Shown here in pieces: positions 37,122-48,186 of a stretch of DNA of 64,000 bases. Numbering within the stretch: position 1 is the first letter of the stretch; every line of letters begins with the position of its first letter. The stretch spans positions 4,191 to 68,190 of the forward strand of contig RFZW01000001.1 of the NCBI GenBank assembly GCA_009920495.1, read 5' to 3'. The DNA is from Chitinophagia bacterium (GTDB lineage Bacteria; Bacteroidota; Bacteroidia; Chitinophagales; Chitinophagaceae). The translations under genes and the position numbers were made by a program. The notes beneath the pieces were generated by a model, which was given only the letters and a program-made list of their open reading frames with translations, had not been told where the DNA came from and did no database searches.

Positions 37122-37244
37122 TCATTTATTCCACTTTATTTTTTAATCCTGGTGTCATCAAGCAGCCTATTTAGTCACCCTTTTTGTAAGATGTCTCTCA
37201 TATTAAGGAAAAAAATAAGCTAATTTTACACAAAATATTTTTCT

Positions 37245-39323
37245 ATGAGGGTCATTTATATTTTTTTATCATTTTACTTAATTTTTCAAATTGATGCAAA
37301 AGCGCAAAGTAAAAACATAGATAAATTATATTATGCACACATAGATAAAGAACTTTATTTACCAGATGAAAATATTTGGTTTAAAATATATATCCATAAT
37401 CCTTATTTTCTTGACAACAAATCAACTAATATTTATGTCGATTTGGTAGATGAAAATAAAAAAGTGCTAGAACATCAGGTCTATCTTACCTATTTATCTT
37501 CTATTAATGGGCAAGTTAAAATTCCAAACAATTATGCATTTAGTCAAGTCAATTTGATAGTTTATCAAATCAATGAGCAAAAGGAAAAAATTAATTTCTA
37601 TCAAAAAGAGATATCGGTTTTAAATAATGCTTTAATTAAAAGAAAGGATGTATTTGTCAATGAAAGTAATAAAGATAATAGCCCTTTGGAAATCACAAAT
37701 AAAAAAATTTATATTCAAAAGGATGCAAATGAAATTATTGTTCAAATTGACAACGAAAATAATGATTTGAATGAATTAAATTTCACTATAAAGGGGCAAG
37801 AAGATACTTTGTATGCTAAATCCTTCACCATTGGCGAAAAGAAAAAGTTAAAAATTCGCATACCAAAAGAGCAATTTACAACTGGGTACTATTTATTTTC
37901 ATTTAGTAACAATTCAAATGAAGTTATTCATCAAGAATGGGTGTATCATCTTTCCTCAAAACATTTATTACAACCAATAATCTCACTAGATACTTTAAGT
38001 TTCGGAAAGGAAGGAATGAATGTATGGAAAATCACCAATTTGCCTAATGCAAATATGAGTATTTCTATTGTTGATGCTGATATTCCTACAAGTAATAAAA
38101 ATATTGTTTCTGAATTACTATTTAACGGCATGAATAATCATTCTGTAAATAATCTGGGTAATTACTTCACTAATAATACACGCATGAATCAGATTGCAAT
38201 TGATAGTATTATTAAAATTAATCAAATTTCTCCATTACCTATTAGCGCACTTATTGATACTAATCAAAATAGTTATTTAACATTAAGAGGTAAAATTATA
38301 AAAACAACCAAAAAGGATGTGCCACTTCCCAAAGAACTAAGTGTTGTAATTGGTAGTCCCAATAAAAAATCTTCATTCATTCAAGCACCTGTTGATACCG
38401 ATGGCAGCTTTATTTTAAATAAACTCATATTTTACGATACTGTATTTGCTAAAGGGGTATTAGAAAAAAAAGAAACGAATGACTTTAAAGTTGAACTAAT
38501 CCAAGATACTAATTTTAATACACCATCATTTGATTTTATAAATGAGTTATCTCCTGCTATTCAAAAATTCATTGTAAATGACAAGTCGAAAAAATTAATA
38601 AAAAATTCCTATTTACTTGACTCTCTTATAAAAAAGTTTACATTACAACAAGTAACAGTAACAGCCAGACCAGAGCTCAAGCTTAATAATTTAGATAAAA
38701 TTTATTCTTTCGGTTTGTTTTCAAGCAGCAATGCATACAGATTAAATGTTGCTGATGATCAATTTTTTCAAAATTGTTATGACCTTGGAAATTATATTAT
38801 TTCTCAAATTCCTGGTATTTCCTACAGCAATAATTTTAATACGATGATGGAGTTTGATGCAACGCCATTTTCTTGGAGAGGCTCTCCAACATCGATATAT
38901 TTAGACGAAATCAAAGTAAGCTGGGATGTGGTAAGAGATATACCAAGAAATAATATTGGATATATTAAAGTTTTTAGACCCATATTTTTAGGTGATATTC
39001 AGAAAGGAACTGGCGGTGCTATTGTAATATATACGAAAAAACATTTTGATGGCCCTGTTCAATTTGACTCAAAAGAATCTAAATTGTTAAGGGGTTATTT
39101 CAGCGCAAACTATTTTGCAGATGAAGCAATTAAAATAGCAGAAAAATCAAGACAATTAAATACGACACTCTATTGGGAACCTTATTTTGTTTTTTACGAT
39201 GACCCTATAAAAGACAAATTTATCCGTTTCCCAAATAACGACTTTACTAAAAGGTTTTTAATTAAAATTGAGGGTATTGATGCCAAAGGGCAAGTATTAT
39301 ATTTTGAAAAAATAGTTGAATAA
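37245..39323 (+). CDS. Large secreted hypothetical protein (MG2-like N-terminus, plug-like C-terminal region)
   Basis: HIDKELYLPDENIWFK, LQQVTVTA, GGAIVIYTKK, TTLYWEP. Confidence 0.7.
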   Translation: MRVIYIFLSFYLIFQIDAKAQSKNIDKLYYAHIDKELYLPDENIWFKIYIHNPYFLDNKSTNIYVDLVDENKKVLEHQVYLTYLSSINGQVKIPNNYAFSQVNLIVYQINEQKEKINFYQKEISVLNNALIKRKDVFVNESNKDNSPLEITNKKIYIQKDANEIIVQIDNENNDLNELNFTIKGQEDTLYAKSFTIGEKKKLKIRIPKEQFTTGYYLFSFSNNSNEVIHQEWVYHLSSKHLLQPIISLDTLSFGKEGMNVWKITNLPNANMSISIVDADIPTSNKNIVSELLFNGMNNHSVNNLGNYFTNNTRMNQIAIDSIIKINQISPLPISALIDTNQNSYLTLRGKIIKTTKKDVPLPKELSVVIGSPNKKSSFIQAPVDTDGSFILNKLIFYDTVFAKGVLEKKETNDFKVELIQDTNFNTPSFDFINELSPAIQKFIVNDKSKKLIKNSYLLDSLIKKFTLQQVTVTARPELKLNNLDKIYSFGLFSSSNAYRLNVADDQFFQNCYDLGNYIISQIPGISYSNNFNTMMEFDATPFSWRGSPTSIYLDEIKVSWDVVRDIPRNNIGYIKVFRPIFLGDIQKGTGGAIVIYTKKHFDGPVQFDSKESKLLRGYFSANYFADEAIKIAEKSRQLNTTLYWEPYFVFYDDPIKDKFIRFPNNDFTKRFLIKIEGIDAKGQVLYFEKIVE

Positions 39324-39396
39324 TATTTTAATATTCAATTATATAATATTTTTCTTAAATTGGGTAGTATTGCACTTTTAATTTAAACAATTTATT

Positions 39397-40821
39397 ATGC
39401 CAATATTATCTAATTATTCAGATGGTTTTTTCAATGTGAGTGCTACTCATGGATTTTTGCCCATCAAAGCGCCATTGGTTAAATTACCCAGTATTTATAG
39501 TGATTTACAATCGGTGTTAGACAATATGCCAGTTGTTATGAATGAAACTGAGTTTGGTTATTTAAATAAAGAAGATGGTATTGTTGCGCCAACATTAGCA
39601 ATTAAAAATCATTTAGCAGCAGTTGAAAATGAGGAAGACATTTTTGTATTACAAGCCTTGTTTAGGTCTTATAGTTTTTTAGCATCTGCTTATTTATTAG
39701 AACCATCTTTCCAGCAATACAGAAAAGATGGCAAATATGGAAAGGCTAGAAATTTATTACCAGCAAATATTGCGCAACCTTTTTGTAAAGTTGCTGATAA
39801 GCTTAATGTGTTTGCCTGGCTTGATTATCATTATGCCTATTCCTTAGGAAACTACCAAAAATTAAATGAAGCTGGAGATTTGAATTGGGAAAATATTACC
39901 ATGTGTAACCGCTTTTCAGGACAACCTGATGAAGTTGGATTTATTATGTTGCATGTAGATATAAATAGGTATTCCCCTAATTTAGTGGGTACTGTCATGC
40001 AAACAATACAAGCCCTTCATAACGAATTGGGAACAGTAGCAGGCTTGCTTGAAAAAAATTGGGTTACAATGAAGCAAATGAATGAACGAAGAAAAGAAAT
40101 GTGGAAGGCTTCAAGATGGCAACGATACAATGATTTTAGAATTTTTATTATGGGTGTAAAAGGGAATACAGATTTGTTTGGAGATGGTGTTATATACGAG
40201 GATGTATGGGATGAACCTAAAGCCTTTAGAGGACAAACGGGTGCACAGGATGATATTATACCTATGCAAGATATTTTTTCTGGCGTCATTTTCTATTACC
40301 CTGAAAATGAGCTCACGAAATATTTATTGGATCTTAGATTATATCGACCTACCTGTGTGCAAGATTTCTTTAAAGATCTTGAAACTTCAATGAAAACATT
40401 GCATCCTAAAGGTTTGATGGGCAAATTATTAGACAATCAGGATGTTACTGGACTTTGCTATTTATTAGGCATATTAGAGGAAATTTATCATTTTAGAAAC
40501 GGTCATTGGCAGTTCGTACAAAAGTACATTATGGCTAATACAAAGTATGCCATGGCCACGGGAGGCACTCCAATTACATCATGGATTCCAAATCAAATTT
40601 TGTCGGTTATTCGTCAAATGGAAGATGTTATTGCAGCGATAGCCAAACTCGGAGTAACTGATCAAGAGCAAGCCAAAGCTATTTATGAAAAAAACGCAAC
40701 ACTGTTACCTACCAAAAAAGGATTAATAGATGGGCAATTGGCTTTAATACATAATAATGACTTTTCTGCTGAAGCCGTTTTTGCTTTGAATCAAAAGTTT
40801 GGATATGATGATACAAAATAA
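39397..40821 (+). CDS. Indoleamine 2,3-dioxygenase family protein
   Basis: GFLP, EVGFIMLHV, FRGQTGAQD, FRNGHWQFVQKYI, ATGGTP. Confidence 0.75.
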   Translation: MPILSNYSDGFFNVSATHGFLPIKAPLVKLPSIYSDLQSVLDNMPVVMNETEFGYLNKEDGIVAPTLAIKNHLAAVENEEDIFVLQALFRSYSFLASAYLLEPSFQQYRKDGKYGKARNLLPANIAQPFCKVADKLNVFAWLDYHYAYSLGNYQKLNEAGDLNWENITMCNRFSGQPDEVGFIMLHVDINRYSPNLVGTVMQTIQALHNELGTVAGLLEKNWVTMKQMNERRKEMWKASRWQRYNDFRIFIMGVKGNTDLFGDGVIYEDVWDEPKAFRGQTGAQDDIIPMQDIFSGVIFYYPENELTKYLLDLRLYRPTCVQDFFKDLETSMKTLHPKGLMGKLLDNQDVTGLCYLLGILEEIYHFRNGHWQFVQKYIMANTKYAMATGGTPITSWIPNQILSVIRQMEDVIAAIAKLGVTDQEQAKAIYEKNATLLPTKKGLIDGQLALIHNNDFSAEAVFALNQKFGYDDTK

Positions 40822-40916
40822 TTTTACAAATTAAAAAAGTTTATTTTTAAAATACCATATGCATATTCCAACTTTTTAAATATAGGTTGTAAAATAACAT
40901 CACAAAAAAGAAACCC

Positions 40917-42266
40917 ATGAAAAAAGTAATCTTATTGTCCCTACTTATCTTAACCATTTGTAGCGGAGTATACCAAAATATATATGCCCAAAATGCGAAT
41001 ACATCTGCCGCTTTAAATAAGGAGGAACAGAAAGTCATGGACTATATAGATGCCAATATGCCAAGGGCGATTGCCTTGTTAAAAGAATCAGTCAATATTA
41101 ATAGCGGTACCTTAAATATTGCCGGAGTAAAAAAAGTGGGTGAAATATTTGCGCGTGAATTTGAAAAAGCCAATTTTAAAACCCAGTGGATCTCTATGCC
41201 TGATTCCTTGCGCCGTGCAGGCCATTTGGTGGCGACCACAGGTTTTAATAATGAAGCCGTGGTTAACAATAATCCAAAAAGAAAAAAATTATTTCTCATA
41301 GGTCATTTAGATACTGTCTTTGAACCCGATATGCCTGCGAATCCATTTACGATGTTGAATGATTCTACTGCAACAGGACAAGGTGTGAATGATATGAAAG
41401 GTGGAGATGTTGTGATGATTATTGCCCTACAAGCATTGCATGCACAGGGTTTATTAAAGGACGCTGATATTATTGCTTATTTAACAGGTGATGAAGAACA
41501 TGCGGCTAATCCACGCGAAATAAGTAGGGGGGATTTTATTGAAAGAGCAAAGCAAACTGATATTGCACTTGCTTTTGAAGGCGCCAGTGGATTAAATTCA
41601 GTAGCCACGGCACGTCGTGGTGCAAGTGGTTGGTCGTTAAACGTAAAAGGAAAAACAGGACATAGTGCTGGTGTGTTTTCACCCAATGCCGGATATGGTG
41701 CTATTTACGAAGCAGCTAGAATTGTGAATGAATTCAGGGTACAATTAAGTACAGAAAAATATTTAACCTTTAATCCCGGCGTATTTATTGGAGGTTCTGA
41801 AATGAATTATGATGCAGCTAAATCCACTGGTACAGCCATCGGTAAAACGAATATTATTTCACCAGCGGTAATAGTAACAGGCGATCTCCGTTTTTTAACT
41901 GAGGAACAAAAGATAAATGCAAGAAAAAAAATGAGCGCCATTGTAGCTAATAATTTAGCAGGTACAAAAGCCACCATTAAATTTACAGATGGCATACCAA
42001 GTATGGCGCCTACGGAAGGCAACAATAAGTTACTTGAAGTGATTAGTGGTGTAACCAAGGATATGGGTTTGGGCGTAACAATGGCAGGTGATCCTGGCTC
42101 ACGTGGTGCAGGAGATATCTCATACATAGCTGCCTATGTTGATTGTATTGATGGCTTAGGTGCATCTGGAAAGGGAGCGCATGCGCCTGGCGAAACCATT
42201 AACTTAAAAGAACTACCTTTTTTGATCAAAAGGGCAGCGCTCACTATATATAGGTTAAGTAAGTAG
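40917..42266 (+). CDS. M20 family metallopeptidase (carboxypeptidase G2-like)
   Basis: GHLDTVF, GVNDMKGG, GDEE, GHS, GAHAPGE. Confidence 0.9.
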   Translation: MKKVILLSLLILTICSGVYQNIYAQNANTSAALNKEEQKVMDYIDANMPRAIALLKESVNINSGTLNIAGVKKVGEIFAREFEKANFKTQWISMPDSLRRAGHLVATTGFNNEAVVNNNPKRKKLFLIGHLDTVFEPDMPANPFTMLNDSTATGQGVNDMKGGDVVMIIALQALHAQGLLKDADIIAYLTGDEEHAANPREISRGDFIERAKQTDIALAFEGASGLNSVATARRGASGWSLNVKGKTGHSAGVFSPNAGYGAIYEAARIVNEFRVQLSTEKYLTFNPGVFIGGSEMNYDAAKSTGTAIGKTNIISPAVIVTGDLRFLTEEQKINARKKMSAIVANNLAGTKATIKFTDGIPSMAPTEGNNKLLEVISGVTKDMGLGVTMAGDPGSRGAGDISYIAAYVDCIDGLGASGKGAHAPGETINLKELPFLIKRAALTIYRLSK

Positions 42267-42433
42267 TTTTCAATCGAAAATTATATGATTAGCCCAAAGC
42301 TTCATTTTTTGAAGTGTTGTGTATTTTTTTGTAACTTTTGATTGAATCTATAATTTCAAAATGGCATACTGATTTTGGCCATTTTAATAATTATAATATT
42401 TTGTCCTTTACACTTAATTTAAATTGTTTTAAA

Positions 42434-43291
42434 ATGGTTAATATCATATGGTTAGTATTGGTTTTATTTGCCTTATTATATATTTATGTATTCGCGATTG
42501 ACATCATTAAAAATAAAAACAAACTAGAAAATGTAAGTTGGCTAAAAACCGGACTGATTGGTTTTGTTGTCAATTTTTTTGACGTATTGGGTATTGGCGC
42601 GTTTGCGCCACAAACTGCACTTTTAAAGTTTACAAAACAAACTACTGATAAATTAATTCCAGGCACCATGAATGTGGCAAACACATTGCCGGTTTTAATT
42701 CAAGCAATTATTTTTATTCAAGTGGTTGAAGTGGAACCCGTTACTTTAGTGGTCATGTTTTTAACCGCGATGATGGGTGCAATACTAGGCGCTGATATAG
42801 TTGGAAAACTTTCTGAGAAAAATATAAGGTTAACCATTAGTATTGCTTTATTAATTACTGCAGGGTTCATGTTTGCTAACAAAATGCACTGGATACATGG
42901 CGAAGGAGTAGCGATCGGGATTCATGGTTGGAAATTAGTAATTGCAGGCGTGGTTAATTTTATTTTAGGCGCAATGATGACTGCGGGTGTTGGTTTATAT
43001 GCACCTTGTATGGCCTTGGTTTATTTATTAGGATTATCACCGCAGGTAGCATTTCCCATCATGATGGGCTCATGTGCGTTTTTAATGCCACCAGCTTCCT
43101 ATAAGTTTATAAAATCAGGAGCGTACAATAAAAAAGCGGCATTAGGAATGGCCATTCCTGGAATATTGGCTGTACTAATTGCAGCACTTGTCATTAAATC
43201 ATTACCATTGGATACCTTAAGATGGTTGGTACTAATCATCATTTTATACACTTCAATAACTATGTTTTTGAGTGCTATTAAAAACAAATAA
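42434..43291 (+). CDS. TSUP (TauE/SafE) family permease
   Basis: NFFDVLGIGAFAP, GVGLYAP, FPIMMGSCAFL; ATG 42434 preferred as start. Confidence 0.8.
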   Translation: MVNIIWLVLVLFALLYIYVFAIDIIKNKNKLENVSWLKTGLIGFVVNFFDVLGIGAFAPQTALLKFTKQTTDKLIPGTMNVANTLPVLIQAIIFIQVVEVEPVTLVVMFLTAMMGAILGADIVGKLSEKNIRLTISIALLITAGFMFANKMHWIHGEGVAIGIHGWKLVIAGVVNFILGAMMTAGVGLYAPCMALVYLLGLSPQVAFPIMMGSCAFLMPPASYKFIKSGAYNKKAALGMAIPGILAVLIAALVIKSLPLDTLRWLVLIIILYTSITMFLSAIKNK

Positions 43292-43332
43292 AATGCTAAA
43301 TATTATTTGTAAATTTAATTAATGTAAAAAGC

Positions 43333-44910
43333 ATGACAAATTACCCAAGTATATTTAATGATGTTATTGGTCCAGTGATGCGGGGGCCTTCAAGTTCGCA
43401 TTGTGCTGCCTCACTTCGTATTGCAAGAATTTGTCGTGATTTGATGGAGGAACAAATCAAAGATATTGTTATCACCTTTGATCCGAATGGCTCATTAGCA
43501 ACTACACATAAAAGTCAAGGATCAGATATGGGTTTGTTTGGCGGATTTTTAGGATGGGAGGCTTATGATGAACGTTTGCAAGATTCTGAAAAATATTTAG
43601 CGACCGCTGGCATTAATTATGAAATAAAAATTGAAGAGCTTACTGAAAAACACCCCAATACCTATCAAATAGTATTGACAAATGATAATGAAACCAGAGC
43701 ATTAGTTGCCATTTCAACCGGAGGTGGTATGATTGAGGTAATTAATATCGATGGAAATAAAGTTTCAATGGCAGGTGATTATTTTGAAACATTAATTTAT
43801 TGTACCGATGCTACCAGTATCATTAATTATTTAACGGCAACCATCTTATTTGATGAAATCACTTTTCATCAAGGCGTTCATTCTTTCATTGAAATTAAAT
43901 CGCAAAATAGCATTGCTGAAAATATTTGTAATGAGATAAGGCAAATGCCTACAGTGACTTTTATTAAAGCGATTAATCCCGTGCTTCCTATTATGGCACG
44001 AAAAAATTTAAAGGTTCCATTTATTACTTGTAATGAAATGATGGAATACAATAAAGGAAAAAATAAAGCACTCTGGGAATTGGCGGTTGATTATGAAAGT
44101 ATCCGTGGTAATATTAGCCCCGCGTTGGTGATGGAAAAGATGAAAGCGATTATTCAAATCATGCGAAGTGCAATTGATACAGGATTAAAAGGGACTAAAT
44201 ATAATGATCGAATTTTAGGTAGTCAATCCCCTCAGTATAAACAATCATTTGAAGCGAATGAATTAATTGGCGGCGACGTTATTAATAAAACCATTATGTA
44301 TGTTTCAGCCATCATGGAGGTGAAAAGTTCCATGGGTGTTATTGTTGCTGCGCCAACTGCAGGTTCCTGTGGTGGATTACCAGGCGTAGTATTTGGTACT
44401 GCCGATTGTATCAATAAAAATGAAGATGCTATTGTAAAAGCAATGTTATCTGCGGGGCTTATTGGTGTTTTTATTGCAGCGCACGCAACATTTGCAGCAG
44501 AGGTAGGTGGCTGTATGGCAGAAACTGGTTCAGGGGGTGGAATGGCAGCTGCAGCACTTGCTGAAATGAATGGCGGAAGTTTGGAGCAATCCATTGCGGC
44601 TGCTTCACTCGCGCTTCAAAATTCATTAGGCATCATTTGTGATCCCATTGGCAATCGGGTAGAAGCGCCTTGTCTTGGTCGTAATGTTATGGCAGCAACG
44701 AATGCTATTTCATGTGCAAATATGGCCTTGTCAAATTATGAGCATCTGATACCACTTGATGAAGTGATTGAAACCATGAAGGCTGTGGGTGATCAAATTC
44801 ATCACACTTTACGATGTACGAATTTAGGCGGGCTTTCGATTACAAATACTGCCAAAAAAATAGAAGCTTTACTCGAGGAAAATCCACCCGTATTTTATAA
44901 AAGTTGTTAA
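43333..44910 (+). CDS. Fe-S L-serine dehydratase, fused beta and alpha chains
   Basis: VIGPVMRGPSSSH, STGGG, APTAGSCG, AEVGGC, CDPI...VEAPC. Confidence 0.9.
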   Translation: MTNYPSIFNDVIGPVMRGPSSSHCAASLRIARICRDLMEEQIKDIVITFDPNGSLATTHKSQGSDMGLFGGFLGWEAYDERLQDSEKYLATAGINYEIKIEELTEKHPNTYQIVLTNDNETRALVAISTGGGMIEVINIDGNKVSMAGDYFETLIYCTDATSIINYLTATILFDEITFHQGVHSFIEIKSQNSIAENICNEIRQMPTVTFIKAINPVLPIMARKNLKVPFITCNEMMEYNKGKNKALWELAVDYESIRGNISPALVMEKMKAIIQIMRSAIDTGLKGTKYNDRILGSQSPQYKQSFEANELIGGDVINKTIMYVSAIMEVKSSMGVIVAAPTAGSCGGLPGVVFGTADCINKNEDAIVKAMLSAGLIGVFIAAHATFAAEVGGCMAETGSGGGMAAAALAEMNGGSLEQSIAAASLALQNSLGIICDPIGNRVEAPCLGRNVMAATNAISCANMALSNYEHLIPLDEVIETMKAVGDQIHHTLRCTNLGGLSITNTAKKIEALLEENPPVFYKSC

Positions 44911-44922
44911 ACATAAACATAT

Positions 44923-46233
44923 ATGAATATTTCAAAAAAAATTAATCGTATTTCATTATTGCTGTTTTTCTTAATAATAGGAAATACTATTTTTTCACAA
45001 CCCGTTGATCGTTTTGTAAAAGTGATTGTTGCTGCGGATCATGGGGATTGGTTATATAAAAAAGGAGAAAATGTGAAGTTCACTATTTCAGTATACAAAA
45101 ATGGAAATTTAGTGAAAGGGGCTAAAGTGCGTTATGAAATTGCGCAAGAAAGACAGGAGCCAATAAAAAAAGAAACCATCACCCTTGCCACGGGAACGCA
45201 AACATTGGATGCGGGTACCATGAAAGTGCCAGGATTTTTAAGATGTATTGCTACAGCGGAAGTGGATAATAAAGAATATAGAAACTTAAGTACTGCTGGA
45301 TTTGATCCATTGGAGATTCAACCTACAGTGGAGAACCCAAATGACTTTGATCAATTTTGGAATAAAGCAATTGCGGATCTTGCCAAAGTACCGATGGATG
45401 CGAAAATGACTTTACTTCCTGAAAAATGCACTGAGAATGTAAATGTATATCATGTGAATTTGCAAAATTATAAAATAGGCACAAGGTTGTATGGTATTTT
45501 ATGTGTGCCTAAAAAAGAAGGCAAGTATCCTGCATTATTACAAGTGCCAGGTGCTGGTGTAAGAGCTTACGCGGGGGATATTGCAAACGCTGAAAAAGGA
45601 ATCATCACACTACAAATTGGTATTCATGGAATTCCAGTAACAATGGATCCTTCTGTTTATCTTGACTTAGCGAATGGTGTTTTAAATGGCTATCCAAATT
45701 ACAACTCCGATGATCGAGACCGTTTTATTTATAAACGCGTTTATTTAGGTTGCATCAGAGCTAACGATTTTTTAACCAGCTTGCCACAATATGATGGGTC
45801 TAATTTAGCGGTAGTAGGCGGAAGTCAAGGCGGTGCATTGTCAATTGTTACAGCAGCATTAGATGGCAGAGTGAAAAATTTAGGCGCTTACTATCCTGCA
45901 TTATCTGATGTTACTGGTTATTTATTTGGCCGTGCTGGAGGATGGCCGCATTACTTTGATAAAACCAATAAGGAGTTCAATAACACGAAAGAAAAAATAA
46001 AAACCTTCAGTTATTATGACGTCGTAAATTTTGCAAAAAGAATTAAAGTGCCCGGTTTTTATTCCTGGGGTTTTAATGATGAAACCTGCCCGCCTACTTC
46101 TATGTATGCAAGTTTTAATTCAATTTCAGCCCCTAAGGAATTATTTTTAGCGCTTGAAACAGGTCATTGGACTTATCCTGAACAAAATGAAAAAATGAGT
46201 AATTGGTTGGTTGGAAAATTGAAGGGCAATTAA
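44923..46233 (+). CDS. Acetyl xylan esterase (CE7 family)
   Basis: DFDQFW, GGSQGG nucleophile, DETCPP, TGHW. Confidence 0.88.
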   Translation: MNISKKINRISLLLFFLIIGNTIFSQPVDRFVKVIVAADHGDWLYKKGENVKFTISVYKNGNLVKGAKVRYEIAQERQEPIKKETITLATGTQTLDAGTMKVPGFLRCIATAEVDNKEYRNLSTAGFDPLEIQPTVENPNDFDQFWNKAIADLAKVPMDAKMTLLPEKCTENVNVYHVNLQNYKIGTRLYGILCVPKKEGKYPALLQVPGAGVRAYAGDIANAEKGIITLQIGIHGIPVTMDPSVYLDLANGVLNGYPNYNSDDRDRFIYKRVYLGCIRANDFLTSLPQYDGSNLAVVGGSQGGALSIVTAALDGRVKNLGAYYPALSDVTGYLFGRAGGWPHYFDKTNKEFNNTKEKIKTFSYYDVVNFAKRIKVPGFYSWGFNDETCPPTSMYASFNSISAPKELFLALETGHWTYPEQNEKMSNWLVGKLKGN

Positions 46234-46244
46234 ATTATTATAAA

Positions 46245-48176
46245 ATGAAAAGGAGACAATTTGTAGGTTATATTGGAAATACCAGTTTGTGTTTATTAGC
46301 AAGTCAATTTCCATTACTTGCCAATAATGAAAAAAAAATTCCATCGCAAGAATTTGCATTCATTGAAGCTGAGCAATTTGCAAGTCATGGTGGATGGGAT
46401 TTGGACCAACAATCAATGGAGCAAATGGGCTCTCCTTATTTATTAGCACATGGATTAGGTATTCCAGTGATGGATGCAACTACTGAAATTTCATTTCCTT
46501 CCGCAGGTACTTATCGAGTTTGGGTTCGTACCAAAGATTGGGTGGCGCCATGGAATGCGCCTGGTGCTCCTGGTAAATTTCAATTAATTGTGGATGGTGT
46601 TGCACTAAATGAAACATTTGGAACAAAAAGTGCAACCTGGCATTGGCATGATGGCGGTTTGATAAAAGTGAAAAGTAAAGCAAGTTTAGCATTACATGAT
46701 TTGACAGGATTTGAAGGTCGTTGTGAAGCTATTTTATTTTGCAAGGATATAAATTTTGAACCCACAAATGATATTGCATCACTAACAAAATTTCGTCGGA
46801 AACTTTTGGGCTTACCTGAAAACCCAGATGAGTTAGGATCCTTTGATTTAATTGTTTCAGGTGGGGGATTGGCAGGCACATGTGCAGCTATTGCAGCTGC
46901 AAGAAATGGTGTAAAAGTTGCATTGGTACAAGATAGACCTGTGCTTGGCGGTAATGGAAGTTCTGAAGTGCGTGTATGGCCCGAAGGGCACACCAATAAA
47001 GAGTTGTTTCCTCATATTGGTGATATTGTAAACGAAATTCTTCCTCCCATTATTAAAGGGGAAGGACAAATATTTAATGGGGTCGCCGCTAATTATTATG
47101 ACGATGCGCAAAAAATTAGCGTAGTAAAAAAAGAAAAAAATATCACACTTTTATTAAATCATCGTGTTTTAAAAGTTGAAACGGAATCAGATGTTATAAA
47201 AGCAATTGTGATTCAAAGCACGTTAACTTCACGACAATACCGACTGAAAGGAAAATTATTTTCCGATTGTACTGGGGATGCTAGCATTGGATTTAAGGCT
47301 GGTGCCCATTATGAATATAAGGTCGAAAACTTAATGGGCAGCACCAATCTTTTTAATATTCTTGATACTGAAAAAAAAGAAGATGTATTGGCCTGTGAAT
47401 GTAAAGACAAAAGTGCATTAGCCATGAAGTGTGAAATTGGTGATAATGATCAACCCTTTCCGCATTGTCCTTGGGCACTAAATTTATCTGATAAACCTTT
47501 CCCTGGCCGAAAAGGGGAAAAAACTTTTGGCAGAGAAGGTTTACAATCCTTTGCGAATATGTGGTATTGGGAAAGTGGGTTTAACAAAGATCAAGTGAAT
47601 GATATTGAACTAATTCGCGATCATAATTTTAGAGCCATGTATGGCGCTTGGGATGTGATAAAAAATATAGATAAAATGTATCCTAAGCATCGGCTAGGTT
47701 GGGTTGCCTATATCGCAGGTAAAAGAGAGTCTCGCAGATTAATGGGGGATATTATTTTAGATGCGGAGGATTTTAAGCAACAACGCAAATTTGAGGATAG
47801 TGCATTTCCATGTTCATGGCATGTTGATTTGCATACGCCTAAAAAGGAATACCAAGAAGGTTTTGAAAGCAACGAATTTGTTGCAGATTATACGAGAGGT
47901 GTGGAATATGAATATGGCGGTGTTTATTGGGCACCTTATAGAACATTGTATAGCCGAAACATAAAAAATTTATTTATGGCGGGTCGCTGTATTAGTGTTT
48001 CTAAATCTGGTTTGGGTCCAGTTAGGGTAATGAAAACTTGTGGTATGATGGGTGAAGTGGTAGGAAAAGCCGCATCTATTTGCATAAAACACAATATTTC
48101 ACCACGTGATGTTTACACGAATCATTTAAGTGAGTTACATGGTTTGATGAACAAGCCAGGTTCCGCCCGTGTTTAA
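46245..48176 (+). CDS. FAD-dependent oxidoreductase with Tat-like signal
   Basis: MKRRQF signal; GGGLAG, LGGNGSSE, DCTGD, RESRRL, NLFMAGRCIS. Confidence 0.85.
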   Translation: MKRRQFVGYIGNTSLCLLASQFPLLANNEKKIPSQEFAFIEAEQFASHGGWDLDQQSMEQMGSPYLLAHGLGIPVMDATTEISFPSAGTYRVWVRTKDWVAPWNAPGAPGKFQLIVDGVALNETFGTKSATWHWHDGGLIKVKSKASLALHDLTGFEGRCEAILFCKDINFEPTNDIASLTKFRRKLLGLPENPDELGSFDLIVSGGGLAGTCAAIAAARNGVKVALVQDRPVLGGNGSSEVRVWPEGHTNKELFPHIGDIVNEILPPIIKGEGQIFNGVAANYYDDAQKISVVKKEKNITLLLNHRVLKVETESDVIKAIVIQSTLTSRQYRLKGKLFSDCTGDASIGFKAGAHYEYKVENLMGSTNLFNILDTEKKEDVLACECKDKSALAMKCEIGDNDQPFPHCPWALNLSDKPFPGRKGEKTFGREGLQSFANMWYWESGFNKDQVNDIELIRDHNFRAMYGAWDVIKNIDKMYPKHRLGWVAYIAGKRESRRLMGDIILDAEDFKQQRKFEDSAFPCSWHVDLHTPKKEYQEGFESNEFVADYTRGVEYEYGGVYWAPYRTLYSRNIKNLFMAGRCISVSKSGLGPVRVMKTCGMMGEVVGKAASICIKHNISPRDVYTNHLSELHGLMNKPGSARV

Positions 48177-48186
48177 AATTTATACT

